Origin: Malacoraja senta
Taxonomy: Eukaryota
Direction of reading: 5' to 3'
Assembly: GCA_038087875.1 (NCBI GenBank)
Contig: CM075998.1
Span: forward strand, 1,800,001 to 1,864,000
DNA length: 64,000 nucleotides
The notes beneath the pieces are model-generated. The model saw only the letters and a program-made list of their open reading frames with translations. It did not search any database and had not been told where the DNA came from. A program made the position numbers and the translations under genes. The number at the start of each line of letters is the position of its first letter. Within the stretch, counting starts at the first letter, position 1. Shown piece after piece: positions 1-14,172 of this stretch.

Positions 1-235
1 GATTAAAGGCTGCAAATAACCACAAGTAACTTCCAAGGAAAGGCTAAATATTTATTCCATAAAGTGTATATATGTCAGAGTAAATTACCCAATTATCTTG
101 TCTTATTTCCATTTAAATGGGTGTACATAGTTTTAATTTATGATGATATACTTTCATAAGTAGCAATTTACACTTGGAGAACAGCAATTGCATTTTGTGT
201 TAGTGGCAGCTGGTCAGATAGCAGTCTCTGGTAAA

Positions 236-356
236 GTGTCGGAAGGAACTGCAGATGCAGGTTTAAACCGAAGACAGACACAAAATACTGGAGTAACTCA
301 GCGGGTCAGACAGCATGTCTGGAGAAAAGGAATAGGTGACGTTTTGGGTCGAGACT
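236..356 (-). mobile_element. Penelope-like element (PLE) terminal-repeat fragment
   Basis: ggaaggaactgcagatgc...agacacaaaa..ctggagtaactcagcgg..caggcagcatctctggaga motif, shared with the PLE copies at 24037-24830 and 27703-28116. Confidence 0.75.
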
Positions 357-463
357 TTGCTAATCCCATTTACACCATTAAACATATATTTCTATTTACT
401 TACCATCCCCTCATGTATTTTCCATCCATCTCTTTTGTCATTTAATCGCTCCCATCTTCAATT

Positions 464-714
464 TTATCAGGAGCTGAACCATCTAGAGAGCAGTCCTGAA
501 CTACTATCTACCTCATTGGTGGTCCTTGGACTATGTTTGATCGGACTTTACTGGCTTTATCTTGCACTAAACGTTATTCCCTTATCATGTATCTGTACGC
601 TGTGAATGGCTCGATTGTAATCATGTATTATCTTTCCACTGACTGGTTAGCACGCAACAAATGCGTTTCACTGTACCTCGGTACACGTGACAATAAACTA
701 AACTAAACTAAACT
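464..714 (+). mobile_element. Rex1/Babar-type LINE 3' end
   Basis: Near-identical to the 3' UTRs at 26430-26655 and 44310-44575, which follow Rex1-like C-terminal coding sequence. Ends tgacaataaa(ctaaa)n. Confidence 0.75.
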
Positions 715-2759
715 AGGTTCCTCTTTTATTCTTTCCTCCCAACCCCATTACCAACCTGTAATAAAAATGAACTGCAGATGATGGTTTATACTCCTACTCC
801 TAACCTCACGGCTTGCACCTTAACATTTGTTTTATCTCTAACGTTTCCCAGTTCGGATGAAGGATCGTCAACGTGAAATGTTAAATCGGTTTCTCTCTTC
901 ACAGACACTGCCTGACCTGCTGAGTATTTCCAGCATCTTTTTTTTTGTTTTATTCCTCAATGAAGTCTTTCGTTAGTATCTTAAGATTACTAACTGTACC
1001 ATGGAATCTAACCTTCTGTTGTCAGGATTCCACACGACCTATTAAAATGACATAAATTTAGATACTTGCTCTAATATTTGCCTCTGTTGACCGCCAGTGC
1101 ATTGAATCCAACACAGTTCAAGGTCTGATAAAGTTGCCCGCACAGCCTGTGCTGGGAATTCACCATGGAGCAACAAAAACCCAGCAGCTCATGACTTCCC
1201 ATTCTGCGCCCTCATGGTTACACAGTCCGGTGTCATTACCTGAGCTACTGCAGCCGGGCTTGCAACCCTCAAACTGTATTTCTGTTCTGAGGCCCGATGA
1301 CTAAAATAACAAGCTTTCAAGAAGACAGTAAAGGTTTTCCTTATTGTCCTTTGACTACAGGTTAATTGATCATACCTGTCCTGGCTGAATGCAAGAAACC
1401 ATCATTGTACAACAGAATGGATCAGGAGCTAATGGAGAAGACATGCTTGGGTGTAGAAAGGTTACCCTTCAATGCACAAGTAAATTTCTCCTCTCCCAGC
1501 TTCTCTTGTCCACATGCTCAATGTGAAGTTAGCCTCTCGTATATTCACCCGAGACAGGCATACCAATCAATTCATAAATAAAAGACAATTGCATGTTATT
1601 ATATAGAGGATGTCACAGGTATGGATTAGGTCTAATAAATGACCCCACAAGTGAACCTGATGGGATAATTTGCAAGTAACAGTCACAAATTAGTTGTAGT
1701 TGATGTCTCCAAGTTATATTCATCACCCCCTCCCTGCTGCTTGTGATTTGTTTTCATAATTCTGCATTTTCCAAAATACAAATTTTCAGTACAAAACGTT
1801 ACAGAGGGGGGGGGGGGGGGGGGGGTGATATATATATATATATATATATATAGATCAGGTCTTACATCTGGGATTTTTTTAGTAACTTTTGCAATGATTA
1901 TATCGAGAGTGACGGGCAGGGAGAGAGGAAGACTCATTTTCTGAAGGAGCAGGTGTAATCCACTCGAAAGACTTCAATATTGTGCAGCAATATTGGCAGA
2001 CGTGGCAACTTTCTGTTGTTGCAAATTTTCACAGTGCAGTCATTTTACTGAAGAAGTGTCACATTGTGCTGGTGTCAGCTCCCCTGTTATTTTGACTTCA
2101 ATAAGTAAAAATAATTTTAATGTCATAAATATCTCGAAGTCAACTAAAAGCCCCGGCTGCAATCGATTTCAAGACACACAACTGAATTATAAATTGTAGT
2201 GTGAGAATCACCAACGTTGAACAGCATATTCATGTATGAAAGTACGGACAAGCAAACAAGCACAGTTTTTCACTGTATCTTGGTTCATGTGGCAATATTA
2301 AACCCATACCGATACCAAGGCATATTTCTAAATGTTAAAAATGGAGCTGCCTCTACACTTACCAGTGTTTCTCAAGTTACCTCTTTGTTGCCTTATCTTA
2401 TGCTTCACAACTGCTTGTTACTGGCAATCAATGAAGGTTCTTCCTTTGACATCATGAACAGGGGAAATCAAATTTTCTTCAATTAATGCGTGGCATAATC
2501 AATATTCAACACATCAATCCTCTGCACCGCAGAGTCAAGAAAGGCTCAAAGTTTTTTCCCGTTGCTCTATGAGAGTAAATTGATTCAAAATACAGAACAC
2601 CTATTGAAATAATCTTTGGCTGTACATTTCCATCCAGTTGACTTTCTTCACATAATATTTCGCAGATCACATCAACTCGAGAACTCGTGAATACACCCAC
2701 AATTTCATTATCCCCATTTACAGTTATGTTCAATCCAAATGCTAAACATTTATGTATTA

Positions 2760-3507
2760 GGAAATTGGGGAGATGCAACGAGACCTGAGTGTCATGGTAC
2801 ACCAATCATTGAAAGTAGGCATGCAGGTGCAGCAGGCAGTGAAGAAAGCAAATGGTATGTTAGCATTCATAGCAAAAGGATTTGAGTATAAGAGCAGGGA
2901 GGTTCTACTGCAGTTGTACAGGGTCTTGGTGAGACCACACCTGGAGTATTGCGTACAGTTTTGGTCTCCTAATCTGAGGAAAGACATTCTTGCCATAGAG
3001 GGAGTACAGAGAAGGTTCACCAGATTGATTCCTGGGATGGCAGGACTTTCATATGAAGAAAGACTGTATAGACTCGGCTTGTACACGCTAGAATTTAGAA
3101 GATTGAGGGGGGATCTTATAGAAACTTACAAAATTCTTAAGGGGTTGGACAGGCTAGACGCAGGAAGATTATTCCCGATGTTGGGGAAGTCCAGAACTAG
3201 GGGTCACAGTTTAAGGATAAGAGGGAAGTCTTTTAGGACCGAGATGAGAAAATCATTTTTTACACAGAGAGTGGTGAATCTGTGGAATTCTCTGCCACAG
3301 AAGGTAGTTGAGGCCAGTTCATTGGCTATATTTAAGAGGGAGTTAGATGTGGCCCTTGTGGCTAAAGGGATCAGGGGGTATGGAGAGAAGGCAGGGATGG
3401 GATACTGAGTTGGATGATCAGCCATGATCATATCGAATGGCGGTGCAGGCTCGAAGGGCCGAATGGCCTACTCCTGCACCTATTTTCTATGTTTCTATGT
3501 TTCTATG
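2760..3507 (+). mobile_element. CR1/HER1-type LINE, 5'-truncated 3' end
   Basis: ORF 2773-3408 encodes the CR1 ORF2 C-terminus ([19 protein letters not shown]...LRGDLIETYKI...TRGHSL...FFTQRVVNLWNSLP). (ttctatgt)n tail. Confidence 0.92.
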
Positions 3508-4172
3508 TATTCATTATTTGTCAAAAGCCATTAACCAAGAAAGTATTATCTGAACTGACGATCCTCTAGTAGTTTTAGTGATCTGCACTTATGGTTTATT
3601 TGATGGATTATATTTTTTAACCAAGCACTGATCAAATTTTGAATCATTGAGCAGTGGGAGATTAAAATGAATAGACTTTCTGGATATAACTATATTAAGC
3701 TGCATGTTTCATAGTGGCTACAGCCATTTGATACATTGAATATTTTAACATGGATTTTGGATTTCTTTCATAAGGTTAATTAACACAATTTTCTCTTTAA
3801 AATAGGTGAAAATCGTTAGATGTATTGGATTTATATCCTTGCTCCATAATATAAATGTTACATTCATTAAGAGTCAAGCAATGGTTTAAAATGTTTGCCT
3901 CCATCACAGTGAGGAAGGTGGAGGAGTCACTGTGGTGGATGTTCATGTTCAAATGTATTTTGTGTGTTCTGTTGCTTTTTATTGGTATGACTGTATGGCA
4001 AATGAAATTCCTCGTGTTGCAAAACATACTTGGCTAATAAAGTATGATTATGATTAAAAACAAAAACCCAGAAAATGTTGGTAAGATTGAGCGGGGCAGG
4101 TAGCATCTGTGGAGAGAGAAATTGAGCTAATATTTCAGGTCAACCTGTTATCAATAATCATCAACCTTTTTC

Positions 4173-4310
4173 GTTGGGGTGGAAGATTGCAACCTTCACG
4201 TGGTCCGCCCTGTTTCGACTAATGCAATCAACTCGACGTGCACAAACAGAAGATGAAATATTACAAGTTGTCCTACAACTTTAGGCTGCGCCACACGAAA
4301 GAAGAAGAAG
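4173..4310 (+). mobile_element. Short retroposed insertion with (GAA)n tail, nested in a decayed PLE repeat
   Basis: Flanked by 10-bp direct repeat aacctttttc (4163-4172, 4311-4320). Ends gaaagaagaagaag. Family not identified. Confidence 0.6.
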
Positions 4311-4486
4311 AACCTTTTTCTTTCAGATTTCCAGCCTCTGGTATTTTGTGAATCCTCTGTGGTACACAGTTTAAACTACGCTGGTTCCATTTCCATGTAT
4401 TGACGCACTATTGTTAAATGTCTAGATGGGGGGCTCGAACAAAGCTACAGTCTTTGGAGATAGCAATTGCAATTGGATTTGGAGTC

Positions 4487-4895
4487 AATAGACAGTAGAC
4501 AATAGGAGCAGGAGTAGGCCATTCGGCCCTTCGAGCCAGCACCGCCATTCAATGTGATCATGGCTGATCATCCCCAATCAGTACCCCGTTCCTGCCTTCT
4601 CCCCATATCCCCTGACTCCACTATCTTTAAGAGCCCTATCTCGCTCTCTCTTGAAAGTATCCAGAGAACCGGCCTCCACCGCCCTCTGAGGCAGAGAATT
4701 CCACAGACTCACAACTCTCTGTGAGAAAAAGTGTTTCCTCGTCTCCATTCTAAATGGCTTACCCCTTATTCTTAAACTGTGGCCCCTGGTTCTGGACTCC
4801 CCCACAATCGGGAACATGTTTCCTGCCTCTAGCGTGTCCAAACCCTTAACAATCTTATATGTTTCAATAAGATTCCCACTCATCCTTCGAAACTC
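4487..4895 (-). mobile_element. CR1/HER1-type LINE 3' fragment
   Basis: ORF 4578-4919 (NLIETYKI...TRGHSL...RVVSLWNSLP). (ctattgt)n-type tail. Confidence 0.9.
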
Positions 4896-6032
4896 CAGGT
4901 TAGCATGGCTCTCTTTCACCTATGTGGTGGGTTCAACTCCAGCCAAGACCGATGGGGTGAATTGATTGTTCCTATAAGGAGCCTACATAGAATGCAGTTG
5001 GCTGGTCGTGACCTTGTTCCATGTGGACATGGTTGCACAGTGCAGACAGTACACTAATTGCCTTCAAATTGACAATTTTACTTGGAGAGGTCATAAAGAA
5101 AGCTGTGGAAGGAAGTAGAAATGTTAAGCAGCCGACTCTCCTCAGATTGGGGTTAATGTGTGTGGCTGAGCAGCGTACAGGCTTTTACTCTGTACCTAGC
5201 CATATTATACCTAATGTGGATGCTGGATACAGCTGTCTTAAAGCAGGAAATGGTTCTATTTTCAATCAGTGATAACCTCCACCCTGACGAACAGCAAGAA
5301 TTACAGCAAAACGGGTGGGGGGAAATCAACCTGCCTTGATTTATACTTTAGATTTGAAGGGATGTCAGTTTTACAGGCACGAACAAAACCAATCAGGTGG
5401 AACAAAGTAAAACAGGACCGTTGAGCAGATGAGGGCAGGAAACACATCATGCACTCGGAATCCATGATGCAAGGAGAGGAAAAGGGATTGCTTGAGAGAG
5501 CAAAGTTCAGTTGCGGAACTTGGAAAGATATCGCAAGCCTAGCAGGAGTGAAAGGGCAAGAAAAGGAACAAACGGAAAAGGGGGAATGGTTTCCAGAGGC
5601 ACTTTTGATTGTGAATTTTATGAAGATTAATTTTTTTTTTTTAATAACACAAAATACAATGATTCCAGTTGAATAGTGGTTACATTGTGAGCGAGGAAAA
5701 AGTAGGCGGATAAAGAAAAGGACCCCATTGAGAATTTAATTGGGAACGGGAGACTTTGTACTGTTGAATTACGCAATTAAGAAAAAGTAATCTCACAATC
5801 CACTTGAATTTCAATGCATTCAGAAGAGCAACAACAAAAAATGACTTTTTTAATGTACGCTGCCCAGAGTAGCCACAAAACAGCTGAAAGGATGGTGAGA
5901 GAACATGTGGATGAAGGGAGAACATAATAATCACCCCGTGAGTGTGTGGTCACCACACCCCTACCCCCCCCCCCCTCCTCCCTACCGAACAAGTTCCATA
6001 CCATGTGAGGCCCCACACAATTGTAAGGTGCA

Positions 6033-6218
6033 GTGTGCAGGAAGGAACTGCAGATGCTGGTTTACACCCAAGATAGACACAAAATGCAGGAGTAACTCAG
6101 CGGGACAGGCAGCATCACTGGAGAGAAGGAATGGGTGACGTTTCGGGTCGAGACCCTTCTTCAGACTGGGAGTCAGGGGAGAGGGACACAGAGATATGGA
6201 AGGGTAAGGTGTGAAATG
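6033..6218 (-). mobile_element. PLE 3' end / terminal repeat with intact hammerhead core
   Basis: Matches the 3' region of the PLE at 24037-24200. Abuts a CR1 fragment. Confidence 0.8.
6136..6164 (-). ncRNA. Minimal type I hammerhead ribozyme motif (PLE-associated)
   Basis: Minus strand CUGAAGA-A-GGGUC-UC-GACCC-GAAAC-GUC-A: both conserved core boxes, paired stem II, NUH cleavage triplet. Activity untested. Confidence 0.75.
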
Positions 6219-6831
6219 TAGAATGGAGTAAAGAGGTTCTTCTGCAGTTGTACAGGGCTCTGGTGAGACCACATCTGGAGTATTGTGTCCAGTTTTGGTC
6301 TCCTAATTTGAGGAAGGACATCCTTGTGATTGAGGCAGTGCAGCGTAGGTTCATGAGATTGATCCCTGGGATGGCGGGACGGTCATATGAGGAAAGATTG
6401 AAAAGACTAGGCTTGTATTCACTGGAGTTTAGAAGGATGAGGGGGATCTTATAGAAACATATACAATTATAAAAGGACTGGACAAGCTAGATGCAGGAAA
6501 ATTTTCCCAATGTTGGGCGAGTCCAGAACCAGGGGCCACAGTCTTAGAATAAAGGGGAGGCCATTTAAGACTGAGGCGAGAAAAAACGTTTTCACCCAGA
6601 GAGTTGTGAATTTGTGGAATTCCCTGCCACAGAGAGCAGTGGAGGCCAAGTCACTGGATGGATTTAAGAGAGAGTTAGATAGAGCTCTAGGGGCTAGTGG
6701 AATCAAGGGCGATGGGGAGAAGGCAGGCACGGGTTATTGATTGGGGATGATCAGCCACGATCACAATGAATGGCGGTGCTGGCTCAAAGGGCCGAATGGC
6801 CTCCTCCTGCATCTATTTTCTATGTTTCTAT
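6219..6831 (+). mobile_element. CR1/HER1-type LINE 3' fragment (frameshifted)
   Basis: ORFs 6248-6454 and 6510-6740 are successive pieces of the CR1 ORF2 C-terminus. ttctatgt tail. Confidence 0.9.
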
Positions 6832-7371
6832 GGACCATTGTTAGCTGAGGGGAAGATGACAACGAGGCATACAATCAGGATGGGGGGGAGGGGGGGGTGG
6901 CAAAGATCAGAGTGAGCGACTGACTGGAATGACATTAAGATGCAGCAAACAGTGTAGGGACCACGGCTGCTGCAGCTTCCATTCCCCTGAGCTGTGCGAA
7001 TTAGGGCCAGTGGATGTTGTGTGCAAGGCATGTTTCAAGGAGTCCCTTTTACCGCATGTCTCGCTGCTAATCCCAGCGTGAAGTGAGGGATCCAAAAGTG
7101 CAAAGGAAGTCTAAAGGTTTCACCCAACTGTTCCAGTCTATATCAGCAATGGAGGAAAAGCGCAATCTCAGACCGCTAGCGCGATCGGACCCAGGTGAAA
7201 TTGCTTTAATGCTTGATTTACGTGGGAAAAAAGTGCCCATGGATTTAATTTCTAGGACGTGGAGTTGAAACACTTCCACTACCCAGTGCATGCGTTACTT
7301 TCCAAAGACCTCACTGCTGGCATTAGTATCTCTTGGCCTTATTATTTGGGATTTAAACATGAGAAACGGGA

Positions 7372-7600
7372 TGTGTAGGAAGGAACTGCAGGCGCTGGCT
7401 CACACACAACATGCTGGAGTAACTCAGCGGGACAGGCAGCGTCTCCGGAGAGAAGGAATGGGTGACGTTTCGGGTCGAAACCCTTCTTCAGACTGAGAGT
7501 CATGGGAAAGGGAAACGAGAGATATAGGCGGCGAAGTAGAGAAATAGAGAACAAATGAATGAAAGATATGCATAAAAAGAGACGATGATAAAGGATGTCA
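7372..7600 (-). mobile_element. PLE 3' end / terminal repeat
   Basis: Same repeat family, with purine-rich 3' region resembling 13940-14030. Confidence 0.75.
7463..7491 (-). ncRNA. Minimal hammerhead ribozyme motif
   Basis: CUGAAGA-A-GGGU-UUCG-ACCC-GAAAC-GUC-A; stem II capped by UUCG. Confidence 0.75.
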
Positions 7601-8484
7601 GATATAAAAGATATACAGGTCAGGCAGAAAGCTCCAGAGGGGCGGAGAAGCGCAGTTCCAAGCTGTGACGGGTGGAATGGTTTGGATACGACCAGCATGT
7701 TTGAACACTCCTGGGACTCGCGGGACATTACTCATCCTGGTTGATACCTAAAGCGTGGAATAGCCAAAAGATCGCCAGCAATGTGGGTCTCAACCAGTGA
7801 CAGGCTTTGCAAGATGGTGACTCCACCCGATTTGTGAACTTGGCAATGACAAGATCGAACTCGAACCTCATCTGTTTCTAAGGGTGGCTTCTTGCAAGTT
7901 GCTCAAATCCAAACGCAACAAGTGCAAAGAAAAAGACGTCTCTTCCTCGACACAAGTCTGGTGCACAATGTTTACACATAAATATATTGAAAATATTCGT
8001 TTCTGCACAATAATTATTAAGAACATACAGTACACATACTCGATATAACTGTCTGTGTAACTGTCTGTATACACATTCAAAATAGCATTCGGGCTGCAAA
8101 TGGAGTACAAAAGCAAGGAAGTTATGGGAGGTAGACTGTTATAATTTTACCTCGCGTTTTGTGCCCAATTTCAGGCACCGCGTTTCAAGAGGAATACTTG
8201 GACCTGCAGAAGGTCCACTGGAGATGCCGGGAATGAGGGAACTATACGGAGAGACAGGAGCAGCTGGAGCTATTCTCGTCGTAGTAAAGAAGTTTAAGGT
8301 TGGCAAATAGGCAGAGGTAGAGGCGGGTTTAAAATGCCAGAGGAACATGGACATATTTAAAGACTCATACTCAGCCACTTATGATCAGGAATGCGTTGCT
8401 CCGGAGAGGTGGACTCGACTTCATAAGGGAATTGGGTGCATCTATAAAGGGAGGGAGATGGGAGCGAGTGCGGCTTAAATAGCA

Positions 8485-9535
8485 TGTGTAGGAGGGAACT
8501 GCAGATGCTGGTTTAAACCGAAGTCCCACACAGCCCACGGCTTCCAGAGATAGACACAAAATGCTGGAGTAACTGAGCGGGACAGGCAGCATCTCTGGAG
8601 AGAAGGAATGGGTGACAGGGTCTCGAACCAAAACGTGACCCATTCCTTTTCTCCAGAGATGTTGCCTGTCCCGCTGAGTTACACGGTGTTTAAGAAGGAA
8701 CTGCAGATGCTGGGAAATCGAAGGTAGACAAAAAGTGCTGGAGAAACTCAGCGGGTGCAGCAGCATCTATGGAGCGAAGGAAATAGGCAACGAAGGAAAT
8801 AGGCGAAGGAAATAGGCAACGTTTCGGGCCGAAACCCTAGAAGGGTTTCGGGCCGAAACGTTGCCTATTTCCTTCGCTCCATAGATGCTGCTGCACCCGC
8901 TGAGTTTCTCCAGCACTTTTATCTACCAGCTGAGTTACACTCGTGTGTCTATCTGCGGCTAAATTGTAGCTGGAGATAAGGAATGGGTGACGTTTCGGGT
9001 CTGAAGAAGGGTCCTCGACCCGAAACGTCACCCATTTCTTCTCTCCAGAGATGCTGACTGTCCCGCTGAGTTACTCCAGCATGTTGTGTCTCTCTCTCTG
9101 GAAGCCGTTGTCTGTGTGGGCTGTGTGGGACTCGGCTTCTTGCCCGCCTTGCTTCGCACAGTGGGGAGAAGGTCGGTGAAGATGCTCCGAGGCTGCTGGA
9201 AACCGCAGGATCGATCGATCGCCGCTCGCTTATTTCTGGTCGAGGGAGACTCGCAGAGTCCATTCCCACCCCGTCCCCCTGCTTTCCCAACAACTTCCCA
9301 GCCCCACCGCGAAATATCTGCAGCCTTTATCCCTGTCGACACAAAATGCTGGAGTAACTCAGCGGGACAGGCAGCATCTCTGGAGAGAAGGGATGGGTGA
9401 CGTTTCGGGTGGAGACCCTTCTTCAAAAGTCACCCATTCCTTCTCTCCAGTGATGCTGCCTGTCCCCGCTGAGTTACTCCAACTTGTTGTGTCTTTCTTC
9501 GGTTTAAACCGGCATCTGCAGTTCCTACCGACACA
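8485..9535. repeat. Cluster of four fold-back PLE terminal-repeat elements (~8485-8682, 8690-8925, 8930-9090, 9335-9535)
   Basis: Each has head-to-head inverted copies of the PLE repeat joined at or near the hammerhead motif. Confidence 0.8.
9001..9030 (+). ncRNA. Minimal hammerhead ribozyme motif
   Basis: CUGAAGA-A-GGGUC-CUC-GACCC-GAAAC-GUC-A. Flanks GGGU (8997-9000) and ACCC (9030-9033) can form a 4-bp stem I. Confidence 0.75.
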
Positions 9536-9569
9536 CTTTGTTCCTGAATTCCTCAGCAAACGAATTGTG

Positions 9570-9785
9570 CCATCCCTAATCGGACTTTGCTGGCTTTAGA
9601 TGGCACTAAACGCGATTCCCTTACTATGTATCTGTACACTGTAATCATTGTAGCCACGTATTTATCGTATTGCTCCTGCGGCTTGATTGTAATCGCGTAT
9701 TGCCCTTCAGCTGACTGGTTAGCAAGCAACAAAAGCCTGTCACTGTACCTCGGTACATGTGACAATAAACTCAACTTGAACTGAA
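9570..9785 (+). mobile_element. Rex1/Babar-type LINE 3' UTR fragment
   Basis: Same 3' UTR as 464-714, ending tgacaataaactcaacttgaactgaa. Confidence 0.7.
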
Positions 9786-9902
9786 ATCCGTCCTAATGGG
9801 CAGGCGGGCGAGAGAGTTCTCCAACCCCGCGTGGGTCGCGAATCTCTCCGCTGAGGTTCTCTAAGGTGCAACACCTGAGAAACTTTACAAAACTTTTTTT
9901 TA

Positions 9903-10960
<1,058 letters not shown>

Positions 10961-11195
10961 CTTCGGATATTTTAATGGGTGACAGACAATAAAGCAAGAA
11001 GATACACTCACAAATGATGCGGCAGCATGGAGTTTGCATTTCAACCATCTCAGCAATAATTTATTTCAACCACATGATGATGTTTTAGGGACTATTTATT
11101 TTCGCAGACTACAGAAAAAAAAAATTTTAAGCACGAATCTTAGGTTAGTAGCAAGGTAGGAAGAGCGGAACTCACCCAATGCAGTGTTATCTCAA

Positions 11196-11366
<171 letters not shown>

Positions 11367-12990
11367 TAGCAATAGGTAAACAATTAAAGAACCCGTTTAA
11401 CTCTCCCCTGCCTTCAACTAGATTTTTTTTCTCAGAAAAAGCAGCTTTCATTGTCCGCGCAATGTTTGGATTCATTCAGGTAAAGCGCTGTGTAAAGTCC
11501 TGCCGAATTACTTTATACGAATTTGAATGCCCGCCGTTGATTACAGACACCTCTAGGAGCCCGCGGTATTCTTTGATGATCGAATTTCCAAGACGAGACT
11601 CAGCCAAAATATCTCATTTGGGACAAAAGTCTCATTTGGGACAATGCTTAGCAACTCGGCTGTCTTCCCCTCCTCTCTATCATCCGGCGGTTGTTTTAAA
11701 AATATATATATATATATTCCGATCTTCCTTTAAAAAAAACCCAAAACTAATCCTGATTTAGACTCGCTGGTGGACCTGTCAATTCACACGTTTCATTCTG
11801 TTTCTCGCACCAGTTGCAATGAAATGAATCAAAGAAGCTGCAACTTCTAACGTGGGAATAAGCATTCCCGCCACCCGAAGCGATTTCATTTTTTTTTCTC
11901 GACCGTGGAACTGAATGAAATGGCCAACAACATTAATTGAATGATTGAGGTCTGAATGCTGGCAATTGGCTAAGTTTTGTTCTGAATTTGCATGTAAACG
12001 AACGAGTCTTTCATTCTCGTGTTTTCCCAAACGGGTGAGTATTATTTTGCCCAACCTGTTTAATATTTATCTGCGCCGCAGATAAATATCACAGAACATA
12101 TGCTTCATAAAACCAAACAATTACACCATAATCGTCCAATGCTGTAATGTAATTAAACACGCCTCTGGGACGGTGGTGTAATATAATTTCATTGTGTTCC
12201 AATGTGAGTTGAGAGCTATATGTAGGCTTTCTGCAAAAAAAAGCTCTTTCCGAGCTCAGACTGTCATATCGAGCTGCAGATGTACCATGTTTATCAATTT
12301 TCCTTTTAACTTGATAAACACGTCCAGGAGACCCACAGACCGCAATCAATACAATTTCTAAACATAATTAATCACTGCTATCCAAACTGCAACGCCGGCT
12401 TTAGCCATTCGAAGATGTTCTCTCAATAAAAAGTTTTATTTGCTAACCAAATATATTTGAAATGGCCAGTTTAGCTAAAATTCAATTCCAATTGACCCTC
12501 GGTCAGGCAATGTGGTTTTCTTTAAACGGTTATTGTTTGCGGGGAAATAGAGCTAGCTTCAACTGATCCTTGTGAAACTCACTCCAAATCAGAAAACAAA
12601 ATATCTAGCAATAACAGGGCCTTAATTAGAAGACAGGTTTGAAAGAATAAGCGCAGCGGTCAAGTGGAGCGATTGTTTAACTGTATTGGGAGACCTGTAG
12701 GGCCAGTTAATTGGCTATATTTGACCCCTGTTGCTTTGAAAGGATAGCGGTTGCGAATTAAATGGGATCAGGATTTAGCTGGATGCAGAGAGCGAGAAGA
12801 TGAATGCTAAACCTGGCCACATTACTGCAGGAGGGTCTGTCGGGGGCGGCTCCTTGTGCTGTGTTGGGGGGGGGGGGTGATCACTTACCCAACCAATCAA
12901 ACATCAAGGGTAATCGCTCCTACTAGAAGTGGTCTTTTAATAATACTCGGAGAATACCCCAGATTTTTTTTAAATGTTATCACAACGGAA

Positions 12991-13216
12991 CGTCCGGAGT
13001 TTGTACCTTCTCCCCGTGACCTGTGTGGGGTTTCTCCGGGTGCTCCGGTTTCCTCTCGCACGTACAGGTTTCTAGGTTAATTGGCTTGGTAAAATTGTAA
13101 ATTGTCACTAATGTGTGTAGGATAGCGTTAATGTGCGGGGATCGCTGGTCGGCGAGGACTCGAAGGGCCGAAGGGCCTGTTTCCGTGCTGTATCTCTAAA
13201 CTAAACTAAACTAAAC
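12991..13216 (+). mobile_element. HE1-like V-SINE, 5'-truncated
   Basis: Body matches the full copy at 32845-33154. (taaac)n tail. Confidence 0.85.
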
Positions 13217-13405
13217 AGAAGGATGTGGAGGCTAAGTCAATTGATATTTTTTAAGGCAGAGATAGATCGATTCTTGATTAGTACAGGCGTCGGGGATTAT
13301 GGGGTTAGGAGGGAGAGATAGATCAGCCACGATTGAATGGTGGAGTAGACTTGATGGGCCGAATGGCCGAATTCTACTCCGATCACTTATGAACATGAAT
13401 TTATG
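13217..13405 (+). mobile_element. CR1/HER1-type 3' tail
   Basis: gtggaggc.aagtcaa..gatatttttaaggcagagatagat...gatgggccgaatggcc, as in other CR1 copies. Confidence 0.8.
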
Positions 13406-13842
13406 AACTAAACAAGAGTATTGCCTGCAATTAACAAAAAAAATCAAAATAATCCCGCAAGTTATTAAATAGAACGGTTAAGAGACTTGTTGGGGGGAGG
13501 AGGAGAGGAGAGGGGGCGGGGGCATGTTGATGTTTCAAAAGGGGGACTAGGTCGCGCCGAAGTTTTCATCTGCAAGCAAGATTCTGGTCAGTAAACACGA
13601 GTGGAGCAGATGGCGGAGCATGCACCCACCTACCTGTACGTGGTGGTCATGACTGCAGGATGGGACCTCACCCTGTACCTGACAATGGATAGGGAAAAAA
13701 CCGCTTTTAACTGCCTTCTCGCACGGCAGAAAGTTACACTTTGATTTCAATGAAGCAAAACGCTGCTGATTTGAAACCTATTATTGTGAAAAGTTTTGAA
13801 ATCAAAACCTATACTGCCAAAGGTTATTTGTAAGAGGCCCGA

Positions 13843-14172
13843 AGATAGACATAACAGTGCTGGAGTAACTCAGCGGGACAGGCAGCATCCCTGGATAGAA
13901 AGAATGGGTGACGTTTCGGGACGAGACCTTTTTCAGACTGAGAGCCAGGGCAGAGGGAAACCAGACATAGAGAGATATAGAACAAATGAATGAAAGATGT
14001 GCAAAAAAGTAACGATGATAAAGGAAGCAGGCCATTGTTACCTGTTTGGTATGTGAGAACGGGAACCTGGTGCGACTTGGGTGGAGGGAGAGGAACTGCA
14101 GGGGTTACTTGAAGTTAGAGAAATCGATATACAGTCTCCCTGTCCCGCTGAGTTACTCCTGCATTTTTGTGT
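13843..14172 (-). mobile_element. PLE 3' end with short inverted terminal piece
   Basis: Terminal repeat, decayed hammerhead (13909-13936), 3' region, and the last codons (IDFSNFK*) of the PLE ORF. Inverted repeat piece at ~14138-14172. Confidence 0.8.

Noticed and set aside
2773..3408. 211-aa ORF as a host gene
   Set aside because: It is the CR1 ORF2 C-terminus, repeated many times in the window.
8485..9535. CRISPR-like array of recurring repeats
   Set aside because: Eukaryotic context; the repeats are long, inverted and irregularly spaced PLE termini; no cas genes.
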